DNA of 64,000 nucleotides from Heptranchias perlo (Eukaryota): NCBI RefSeq assembly GCF_035084215.1, contig NC_090351.1, positions 10,540,001 to 10,604,000 of the forward strand, read 5' to 3'. Shown piece by piece: positions 39,901 to 50,232 of this stretch (position 1 is its first letter; each line of letters starts with the position of its first letter). The notes under the pieces were generated by a model. It saw only the letters and a program-made list of their open reading frames with translations, ran no database searches and was not told where the DNA came from. The position numbers and the translations under genes were made by a program.

Positions 39901-40299
39901 TGGGCTTGTGTTCAGAGGGGATGGCGGAGAGTTGCTGGGCTTGTGTTCAGAGGGGAAGGCGGAGAGTTGCTGGGCTTGTGTTCAGAGGGGAAGGCGGAGA
40001 GATGCTGGGCTTGTGTTCAGAGGGGAAGGCGGAGAGTTGCTGGGCTTGTGTTCAGAGGGGATAGTGGAGAGTTGCTGGGCTTGTGTTCAGAGGGGAAGGC
40101 GGAGAGTTGCTGGGCTTGTGTTCAGAGGGGATGGCGGAGAGTTGCTGGGCTTGTGTTCAGAGGGGATGGCGGAGAGATGCTGGGCTTGTGTTCAGAGGGG
40201 AAGGCGGAGAGATGCTGGGCTTGTGTTCAGAGGGGATACTGGAGAGTTGCTGGGCTTGTGTTCAGAGGGGATAGTGGAGAGTTGCTGGGCTTGTGTTCA
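36999..40299 (+). repeat. 35-bp minisatellite, about 94 units (GCTTGTGTTCAGAGGGGAAGGCGGAGAGTTGCTGG and variants)
   Basis: Head-to-tail tandem array read directly; variants AAGGC/ATGGC/ATAGT/ATACT and GTTG/GATG. Confidence 0.99.
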
Positions 40300-40835
40300 A
40301 TGTGTTTAGAGGGGATGGTGGAAGGATAAGTGCTGCATGCTGATGGTAGGATATCGGGATGAGGGACAGTCTTGCACTGTGACGGGGAGGGCCCACTGAC
40401 TTTGGCTGAGCCCTCTGACACTAATCTTCCTGACATTCGGGACAGGCTGCTATTCAGTTTCAACATCATGCCTCTGATGTTCATGCCAAACTCTACTAAG
40501 GCTATTTAAGGACTGGTTGTGTTTTTGTGGAGTGTGTTGAAATCCTGGCATATGTAAGGAAATAGAGGTTTGGAAGATATTATGGGGAACCAGGCCTGAA
40601 AGGGTTAAATAGACAAAGCTTTAGCTGAAATTACTGCGTCACCCGATAGACTGCTTTTGAATTAATTTGCTGAGGCTGCAGGATGAATAATAGCCCACGA
40701 ACATCCTGTTATTGCAAGCTGAGGGGGGGAGGGGGGGGGAAGGTAAGAACACAATGGTAGCTTCACTCCTTCAGACATACTAGAATGCTGAAGCTAGTTA
40801 GAACTCCTGTTAGCTTCAAGGCCTATAGGATTATC

Positions 40836-43014
40836 GTAAACAATTTTACAACACCAAGTTATAGTCCAGCAATTTTATTTTAAATTCACAAGCTTTCGGA
40901 GATTTTCTCCTTCCTCAGGCAAATGTTTCAAGAGCTCCTTGAAGCCTACGCATTTATACATATTGAACAATACATGGTGTTTACAGACTGCCCCTGCAAC
41001 TGCCCGTTGCCAAGGCAATCACCGTGTTCAGACAGAGAGGTGTTACCTGCAGAACCCCCGAATACACATTCAACAAAAAAACAAACAGGGAAAAAAAACA
41101 GAGAAAAAAAAACACAGAGAGAGGCAGAAACATCCGGAAGGCAGAGAGAGCCAGCAAATGACCCATTATATTAAAAACAGATAACATTTGTTCGCTGGTG
41201 GGGTAACGTGTAGCGTGACATGAACCCAAGATCCCGGTTGAGGCCGTCCTCATGGGTGCGGAACTTGGCTATCAATTTCTGCTCGACGATTTTGCGTTGT
41301 CGTGTGTCTCGAAGGCCGCCTTGGAGTACGCTTACCCGAAGGTCGGTGGATGAATGTCCATGACTGCTGAAGTGTTCCCCGACTGGGAGGGAACCCTCCT
41401 GTTTGGCGATTGTTGCGCGGTGTCCGTTCATCCGTTGTCGCAGCGTCTGCATGGTCTCGCCAATGTACCATGCTCTGGGGCATCCTTTCCTGCAACGTAT
41501 GAGGTAGACAACGTTGGCCGAGTCACAGGAGTATGAACCATGCACCTGGTGGGTGGTGTCATCTCGTGTGATGGTGGTATCTGTGTCGATGATCTGGCAT
41601 GTCTTGCAGAGGTTACCGTGGCAGGGTTGTGTGGCGTCGTGGACGCTGTTCTCTTGAAAGCTAGGTAGTTTGCTGCGAACGATGGTCTGTTTGAGGTTGG
41701 GTGGCTGTTTAAAGGCGAGTAGTGGAGGTGTGGGGATGGCCATAGCGAGGTATTTGTCCTCATTGATGACATGTTGAAGGCTGCGGAGAACATGGCGTAG
41801 TTTCTCCGCTCCGGGGAAGTACTGGACGACAAAGGGTACTCTGTTGGTTGCGTCCCGCGTTCCTCCTCGTCTGAGCAGACCCTGTGTATTCGCAGGGCCT
41901 GTCCATAGGGGATGGCCTCTTTGACGTGGTTAGGGTGGAAGCTGGAAAAGTGGAGCATCGTGAGGTTGTCCGTGGGCTTGCGGTAGAGTGAGGTGCTGAG
42001 GTGCCCGTCTTTGATGGAGATTCGTGTGTCCAAGAAATAAACTGATTCTGAGGAGTAGTCCATGGTGAGCTTGATGGTGGGATGGAACTTGTTGATGTTA
42101 TCGTGTAGTCTCTTTAGTGATTCCTTGCCGTGGGTCCATAGAAAGAAAATGTCGTCGATGTATCTGGTGTATAGTGTTGGTTGGAGGTCTTGTGCAGTGA
42201 AGAAGTCCTGCTCGAACTTGTGCATGAAAATGTTGGCGTATTGGGGTGCGAATTTGGTCCCCATGGCTGTTCCGTGTGTTTGGGTAAAGAACTGGTTATC
42301 GAAGGTGAAGACATTGTGATCCAGGATGAAGCGGATGAGTTGTAGGATGGCTTCCGGAGATTGGCTGTTGTTGGTGTTGAGTATTGATGCTGTCGCAGCG
42401 ATGCCGTCATCGTGGGGGATACTGGTGTATAGTGCCGAGACGTCCATCGTGGTGAGAAGTGTTCCTGGTTCAACTGGTCCGTGGGTACTGAGTTTTTGTA
42501 GGAAGTCTGTAGTGTCACGACAGAAGCTGGGGGTTCCCTGTACGATGGGTTTCAGGATGCCCTCGATGTATCCAGAGAGGTTCTCACACAGGGTTCCGTT
42601 GCCTGATACGATGGGACGTCCGGGTGTGTTGGCTTTGTGTATCTTTGGGAGGCAGTAGAAGTCTCCCACGCGGGGATTACGTGGGATGAGAATGCGTAGG
42701 ATGCTTTGAAGGTCTAGATCGAAGGTCTTGATCAGTTTGTTGAGCTGGTGGGTGTGTTCTTTGGTCGGATCTGCGGGTAACCGTCTGTAGTGTTCCTGGT
42801 TGTCCAGTTGTCGGTATGCTTCTTTGCAATAGTCTGTTCTGTTCTGTATGACTATGGCTCCTCCTTTGTCCGCTGGTTTGATGACGATGTTGCGGTTGGT
42901 CTTGAGAGCGTTGATGGCGTTGCGTTGTGCTCGGGTGACATTCTGGACTGTCTTCTGAGTGCGGCTGATGAATCTGGCATTGACGCATTTCCTGACAGCT
43001 TGAGCATACATGTA
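40836..43014 (-). mobile_element. Penelope-like retroelement (RT + GIY-YIG endonuclease), 5'-truncated, one internal deletion/frameshift near 41860
   Basis: IKPADKGGAIV, FYCLPKIHK, GRPIVS, DVSALYTSIP, GTAMGTKFAPQYANIFM, YTRYIDDIF, LYRKPTD; second frame NVVYLIRC...WYIGET...RMNGH...VGEHF...GLN. Confidence 0.96.
40884..40924 (-). ncRNA. Minimal type I hammerhead ribozyme in the Penelope terminus
   Basis: Minus strand AUUUGC-CUGAGGA-A-GGAGA(AAA)UCUCC-GAAA-GCUU-GUGAAU: conserved core, stem II, stem I with two G-U pairs, palindromic AAGCUU in place of stem III. Confidence 0.75.
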
Positions 43015-43300
43015 CACCAACTGCAGGAATTAAGAAACAGTGTGCTAAGAATAAGGAGAGATAAGGGGGTTACAAGGTCCTGTCCGATCTGGACAAGTAC
43101 GTGCTGTTTTGGGGAACACTTGATTGGATGAATTTTGCCGCAGTTCTGTTTTATTGGGGAATAACTGGAGGAGTCTGAGACTTTTGTTAGTGTAGAAGCA
43201 AGAGGAGTGAGAAGCGGACACACCTTCTACCCAGATCGCAATGGGTAATATAATTCTTGTTCTCGACTGATATCAACTGCTTAGACACTGGCATATGTTA

Positions 43301-43469
43301 ATAAGAACATAAGAACATAAGAAATAGGAGCAGGAGTAGGCCAATCGGCCCCTCGAGCCTGCTCTGCCATTCAATAAGATCATGGCTGATCTGATCCTAA
43401 CCTCAAATCTAAATTCATGTCCAATTTCCTGCCCGCTTCCCGTAACCCCTAATTCCCTTTACTTCTAGG
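43301..43469 (-). mobile_element. CR1 3' tail (young subfamily), inverted copy of 46221-46389
   Basis: Reverse complement matches with only a few substitutions. Confidence 0.9.
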
Positions 43470-43527
43470 TTTACTAATGTTGATCCTTGTGTGAAGGTAA
43501 TAAAGTATCAATTGGAGTCAGGTCAAA

Positions 43528-44085
43528 TTTTTTTTTATTCGTTCATGGGATGTGGACATCGCTGGCGAGGCCAGCATTTATTGCCATCCTTAATTGCCCT
43601 TGAGAAGGTGGTGGTGAGCCGCCTTCTTGAACCGCTGCAGTCCGTGTGGTGATGGTTCTCCTACAGTGTTGTTAGGAAGGGAGTTCCAGGATTTTGACCC
43701 AGCGACGATGAAGGACTGGCGATATATTTCCAAGTCGGGATGGTGTGTGACTTGGAGGGGAACGTGCAGGTGGTGTTGTTCCCATGTGCCTGCTGCCCTT
43801 GTCCTTCTAGGTGGTAGAGGTCGTGGGTTTGGGAGGTACTGTCGAAGAAGCCATGGCGAGTTGCTGCAGTGCATCCTGTGGATGGTACACACTGCAGCCA
43901 CAGTGCGCCAGTGATGAAGGAAGTGAATGTTTAGGGTGGTGGATGGGGTGCCAATCAAGCGGGCTGCTTTATCCTGGATGGTGTCAAGCTTCTTGAGTGT
44001 TGTTGGAGCTGCACTCGTCCAGGCAAATGGAGAGTATTCCATCACACTCCTGACTTGTGCCTTGTAGAAGGTGGAAAGGCTTCCT
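43528..44085 (-). mobile_element. Non-LTR LINE 3' end (HHHLLKGN family)
   Basis: ORF 43590-44045 MEYSPFAW...LDTIQDKAARLI...SFIVAGSKSWNSLP...HHHLLKGN. Confidence 0.88.
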
Positions 44086-44521
44086 TAGACAATTAAATCC
44101 CTTTTGTTAACTATGAATCCCAGGCCCCCATTGTCCATTACAATACCCCAAATCCTGCAAAAACACAAACCATGCCGTTAACAGCAAGCCCCCTAACCTA
44201 TCCTTCTTGACCATTCAAACCGCCTGTACCCAGGAAGAGAACCCAACTATGTTAACTCTCAGTATCCTGAAGGTTTGTGAGATCCTCACTGTAGGTAACT
44301 GCAAGTGCTATGTAACGCATGGGTTTTCAAATAGAACTCTGTGTGTAATCAACCTGGAACATATCACAACTCATGATAGCATTTAAACTTTACTGAATTC
44401 AATGGAACCTAAAAAAAGTGAGTGAAATATTGCTATTTATTTACTGCTATAGCTATTTTGCATTTTTTAAATTTTGGAATTAATTCTGTTAAATGAATCT
44501 CTTTAGGTCTGATTTTACAGA

Positions 44522-44607
44522 ATGTCTGCACCACCATGTGAATTTAACAGAAGTGTTGAGATTAACATCACTAACAACTGCAACAACCAATTCTTCACCA
44601 CACCTGC
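44522..44607 (+). CDS. Actinoporin-like protein 1 (ALP1), coding exon 1
   Basis: MSAPPCEFNRSVEINITNNCNNQFFTTPA; donor GC|gtaagt (phase 2); upstream acceptor ctctttag at 44506; joins in frame to 47739. Confidence 0.88.
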
Positions 44608-44932
44608 GTAAGTATTCAAAGGTGTGATCACGTGTGCCAGGCAAATGAGGGGCCCGCGATTTCCCAATCAGTGTTGCCTGAAAGCACTGCTCAATACTGG
44701 GAACGCCCAGTCGGGGAATCGGCCTCACAAATGTCCAAACTGGTTTTAGTAATTTTACATTAAAGCCGTACCCAGCATTGTGGTGGTGTAAAGCTGGAGT
44801 GTGACTGTGATGTGCCTCAGATGCCATGCGACTGTAGAATAGCCTGCCGACACTCACTGTCTAGACTCACACATGATGAAGGGCCACTTGGGCCAGATAC
44901 CAAAGGGTAATCTGCAACCGTGGAGCCATACC

Positions 44933-46389
44933 ATAAAAGGGTAGTAGGCAGAAGGCTGGAAATTATAGACCAGTTAACCTAACATCTGTGGTGGGTAAAA
45001 TTTTGGAGTCTATTATTAAGGAGACAGTAGCAGAACATTTGGATAAACATAATTTAATAGGACAAAGTCAGCATGGCTTTACGAAGGGGAAGTCATGTCT
45101 GGCAAATTTGCTTGAGTTCTTTGAGGACATAACGTACAGGGTGGATAAAGGGGAACCGGTGGACGTAGTGTATTTAGACTTCCAGAAGGCATTCGACAAG
45201 GTGCCACATAAAAGATTATTGCTCAAGATAAAAAATCACTGGATTGGGGGTAATATTCTGGCATAGGTGGAGAATTGGTTATCTAACAGGAAGCAGAGAG
45301 TTGGGATAAATGGTTCATTCTCGGACTGGCAACCAGTAGCCAGTGGTGTTCCGCAGGGGTCGGTGCTGGGTCCCCAACTCTTCACAATCTATATTAACGA
45401 TTTGGAGGAGGGGACCGAGTGTAACATATCAAAGTTTGCAGATGATACAAAGATGGGAGGGAAAGTAGAGAGTGAGGAGGACATAAAAAGCCTGCAGGGG
45501 GATATAGACAGGCTGGGTGAGTGGGCGGAGATTTGGCAGATGCAATAAAATATTGGAAAATGTGAGGTTATGCACTTTGGCAGGAAAAATCAGAGAGCAA
45601 GTTATTATCTTAATGGCGAGAAACTGGAAAGTACTGCAGTACAAAGGGATCTGGGGGTCCTAGTGCAAGAAAATCAAAAAGTTAGTATGCAGGTGCAGCA
45701 GGTGATCAAGAAGGCCAACGGAATGTTGGCTTTTATTGCTAGGGGGATGGAATATAAAAACAGGGAGGTATTGCTGCAGTTATATAAGGTATTGGTGAGA
45801 CTGCACCTGGAATACTGCATACAGTTTTGGTGTCCATACTTAAGAAAAGACATACTTGCTCTCGAGGCAGTACAAAGAAGGTTCACTCGGTTAATCCCGG
45901 GGATGAGGGGGTGGACATATGAGGAGAGGTTGAGTAGATTGGGACTCTACTCATTGGAGTTCAGAAGAATGAGAGGCGATCTTATTGAAACATATAAGAT
46001 TGTGAAGGGGCTTGATTGGGTGGATGCGGTAAGGATGTTCCCAAGGATTGGGTGAAACTAGAACTAGGGGGCATAATCTTAGAATAAGGGGCTGCTCTTT
46101 CAAAACTGAGATGAGGAGAAACTTCTTCACTCAGAGGGTAGTAGGTCTGTGGAATTTGCTGTCCCAGGAAGCTGTGGAAGCTACATCATTAAATAAATTT
46201 AAAACAGAAATAGACAGTTTCCTAGAAGTAAAGGGAATTAGGGGTTATGGGGAGCGGGCAGGAAATTGGACATGAATTTAGATTTGAGGTTGGGATCAGA
46301 TCAGCCATGATCTTATTGAATGGCGGAGCAGGCTCGAGGGGCCGATTGGCCTACTCCTGCTCCTATTTCTTATGTTCTTATGTTCTTAT
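44933..46389 (+). mobile_element. Young CR1 LINE, 5'-truncated, inserted into a SINE in the ALP1 intron
   Basis: RT nearly open ([35 protein letters not shown]) with stops at 45264 and 45546 and a frameshift near 46050; (TTCTTATG)n tail; atacc on both flanks. Confidence 0.95.
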
Positions 46390-46999
46390 ACCCTCGCAAA
46401 CGCCCACACCATCAGGAAGGAGAGGGAAAATGTAGGGAGAAAGATGATAAGGCACTCGGCATGTGTACAATTACAGTTTTGAGCCACACTCAGAAAAATG
46501 CAACAGAATGCACTGAAAATTGTTTAACAAAGGAAGTCACAGGAGAACATTAAACTGGAGCTTTCTTGATGGCTTTGCTAATAAATACACCATGTGCTGT
46601 GGTAGTAAGTTGTCCCAAGTTCTGCTACAAAGAATTACATATAACATAGAATTGCATCGAATGTACAGCACAGAAACAGGCCAGTCGGCGCAACTAGTCT
46701 GTGCTGGTGTTTATGCTCCACTTGAGCCTCTTTCCCACCCCTCTTCATTTAACCCTATCAGCATATCCTTCTATTCCTTTCTCCCTCATGTGTTCATCTA
46801 GCTTCCCCTGAAATGCATCTATCCTGTACGTTATTGTTTAAGATCTAGTATGGTTCCGGGTTTTTTTTAAAACAAGGGTGTACCTTCATCCTGCAGACTG
46901 CTTTGAAAAAGTCTTTGATTCTGTAAACATCTTCATGAGTTGCTCTGTAACGTTCCTGCCTCAGCTGGCCTCAACTCCTTCCACACCCACTAGATTGAC

Positions 47000-47250
47000 A
47001 ACAACAATTTGCATTTATGTAACGCCTTTAACGTAGGAAAACATCCCAAGGAGCCTCACTGGAGCGGAGTCAGGTACAAATTGACACCGAGCCAAAGAAG
47101 GAAATACTAGGAGGGGGTGACTAAAAGCTTGGTCAAAAAGGTGGGTTTTAAGGAGGGTCTTAAAGAGGAGAGAGAGTCGGAGAGGTTTGCGGAAGAAATG
47201 CCAGATCACAGGGCCTAGACGCCTGAAGGCCACCACCAATTGTGGGGCGA
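47000..47250 (-). mobile_element. L2-like 3' end
   Basis: Minus translation LFKTLLKTHLFDQAF; (aac)n tail. Confidence 0.75.
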
Positions 47251-47738
47251 ATGACAGACATCATTGTATCCCTCTAACTTCTGTCAGGCAGCCCATGGAA
47301 TGGGACAAGTGGGACCCACGACTGCAGTCTGTCCAGCTGCTCCATGTTGAGGTGGCAGCACAGCACTCTGTTTAAAATCATAAACAAAAATGTAATCATT
47401 GACAGCCTGTGAATTACAAGTTGAAATGTTATTGCTTAAACATTTAACGTGTATCTTTGCCCTTGTTTTAATGGAGGTGCTAACCAGTTCAAAATAAAGC
47501 AGACAGACTAATTTGATATGAATGCACTGAGGATAATATCGTACAGTGTAATTTCCAGGCTGATTTTTTTCCAATGCAGTTTTGGTTATTATTGATGTTG
47601 TACTCGTGACCATCTATTCCCAAGAATTCAAGCTTTCTTTAGAGAGTAATCCTTCACAGGTTGGAAACTAGAAGACATGATTTCAGAACTTGGGATAAAC
47701 CTTTCCTTAATGCGCTACATGTAATATGTTTTTTATAG

Positions 47739-48147
47739 GACTTATCTTTACAGTGGTTATATATGCAGTTTACCAACACCCTTGATCAACCCTGGGAAGA
47801 AAGGAGATGCTCTGTTTGTTAGGACTTCAGGCACAGCTCGTGGAAGCGTTGGGTTGCTGACCTACACGTTTGGTTGTTACCAGTTATCCGTGCTGTTCTC
47901 CAACCCCTATGATTACAACTTGTACTCAGCGATGTTTGCTTTATACGTCCCTTTTACACCTGAACTAACGGATGAAAATCTGTACTACAAGATGTATTAT
48001 GAACTGGTACCATCGGAGTCCTTTGCTAGAACAGAACTGAACTCAGAAATTGGAACGATTTCTGTTAAGGGAGGGAATCTTGTCATTTCAGCCACAATAA
48101 CGGCAATGGATAATTGCTTCATGAGAATATATATCAGAGATGTTTAG
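47739..48147 (+). CDS. Actinoporin-like protein 1 (ALP1), coding exon 2; total 164 aa
   Basis: Acceptor tttttatag; 409 nt; TYLYSGY...LFVRTSGTARGSVGLLTY...LSVLFSNPYDYNLYS...DENLYYKMYY matches actinoporin motifs (Y-F-x-SG, GAVGVLAY, FSVPYDYNWYS, Y-x3-YY). Confidence 0.93.
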
Positions 48148-48561
48148 TAGGGTTGCTAAATTCTGAACTGGGTTCCTCAGTGATTTATTTGATGCAATCT
48201 TCTTTCTGATTTGACGACACTCTCCAGCATTAATGAGGCTTCCACACACATTTTTACAATTTCTATCTTTTTATGAGATCTAAAAAATATTGTGAGGGAG
48301 TAACATATTGAAAATACTGATTTAAGAAGCACCAGTGTGAAGTCAATTCATTTTCATTTTTCTTCGGATTAAAACATTTGTATAAACCCGTAAAGTTTTT
48401 AGAGGCCAACATTGATCAGGCTAGAATGAAGGGAGCTTTGAAACAGTTTACTGATTGTGTGAATGATCCCAATGAAAACCCTGTAATCATTTTATTGGAA
48501 TGTAGATCTGACTCTGCTTTTTTTAATATATTTTAAATCACACTATGTTACAATGTGTAAC

Positions 48562-48598
48562 TCACCTGATGAAGGAGGTAAGCTCCGAAAGCTTGTGA
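48562..48598 (+). ncRNA. Minimal type I hammerhead ribozyme within a Penelope-terminus remnant (about 48555-48648)
   Basis: UCAC-CUGAUGA-A-GGAG(GUAAG)CUCC-GAAA-GCUU-GUGA: perfect core, 4-bp stem I, 4-bp stem II; followed by AATAAA at 48604 and ttggactataac, shared with 40836-40880. Confidence 0.8.
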
Positions 48599-49739
48599 TT
48601 TAAAATAAAACTGTTGGACTATAACCTGGTGTTGTGCAAGTCCTTACATTAATCGGGGATTGATACTGACTCCTGTCTGCTGTAGAAATCATGTACATCA
48701 CCAGGCAGTTAGGGAAAAGAGAACAAATAAAAAGTTGGAACATCAGTAGGTATTACAGGGAGTCTGTCAATGTTTTTGTTACAACTAACACAATGTAGAA
48801 GAATCCTACTGTACTAATGAATTCCTGTGCTAGCATTTCTGTAACTGTTAGTTCTCTAATCTAGATAATTTTCCCCTGGTTGATGTCTGCAGAAGGAATG
48901 GTCACAGGAACACAAAATAAATTGAAATCACCAAAGTTCTATTCATCTCAATAGTCCATTGTTAATAAAATATGCAGCCTTTACTTTTATATTTACTCTA
49001 CTTCCTAAAAGATGGCTGGTGTTACATCACAGCAAAGGATCTGCATTGTGATCAAATAGCTAAATAACATCTGCCATCCTGCACTGTGTCTGGGAGCCTT
49101 TGTGTCACCACCAGAACAGTCCAGGCTGTCTCCAATAGCAACATCTCTTTTCAAAGGATCTATGAGGTAATTGTGCACTCAGAATAGACAACACGATGAC
49201 ATCAATCAACAATGACATCACATCAGCAGTTTACTCTTAGGAACAAGAAAAGCAAAAGTCATTTCTCTTCGTGAGTATAAAACACAACCAGATCGGACTT
49301 GGAAATCCAGATGTGTTGAGTGATTCCGTGAAGTCAAGTGTTACAGACATAGGTTCAAGTCCTACTCTGCTCAGTTCCCGTCTGAACGATGTCGGGGTAA
49401 ACTTTCACCTTTAGCACTCCCAGCACATTGCAGGCTGGGGGGTGCAGATTAGGAATTCATGTACGTGTCTGATTTGCGATGCATCATTTTCCGTCCCACA
49501 GTATCACTGGTCACTCCTGTAAGTGGACTGCGTGTCCCTACAATCTGGAGCACATTTTTACTGCCAAATATCTAGTTAAACAGTAGTTTGACCCGGGGAT
49601 CACTGTGATCTCACACATGTCGCCACATACATTCTCCCGCCTTTCCAGATAGTGGATTGAAAAGCAATCTAGTGAGAAAAGGCCAATTGTAAACCAGCAA
49701 ACTGGCTTATTTTACATTGAATACATGATTGAAAAGAAT

Positions 49740-50232
49740 ATGAAGGACAAGGGACTTTAATTATGTGGAGAGACTAGAGATGCTGGGATTGTTCTCTTTA
49801 GAACAGAGAAGGTTAAGGGGAGGTTTAAAAGAGGTGCTCAAGATTATGAGGGGTTTTGATGGAGTAAATGAGGAGAAATTGTTTTCACTGGAGGGAGAGT
49901 CGGTAATCAGAGCACACAGATTTAAGATAATTGGCAAAAGAACCAGAGGCACAATGAGAATTTTTTTTACGCAGCGAATTATTATGATCTGGAATGCGTT
50001 GTCTGAAAGGATGGTGGAAGCTTTAGTAGTAACTTTAAATAGTAACTTTAGTAGTAACTCAAATAGTTACTTTAAAAAGGGAATTGGATATACTTGAAAA
50101 GGAACTATTTGCAGGGCTATGGGGAAAGAGTGGGGGAGTAGCACTAATTGGATAGCTCTTTCAAAGAGCCGCCACAGGCACAATGGGCCGAATGGCCACC
50201 TTCTGTGCTGTGTGTTTCCATGATTCTATGAA
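49740..50232 (+). mobile_element. CR1 3' fragment
   Basis: ERLEMLGLFSLEQRRLRG...FFTQRIIMIWNAL; atgattctatg tail. Confidence 0.88.

Noticed and set aside
36999-40299. CRISPR-like array (35-bp period) and many long ORFs (up to 378 aa)
   Set aside because: Units are head-to-tail with no unique spacers, there are no cas genes and the context is vertebrate. The ORFs result from a stop-poor repeat cycling through frames.
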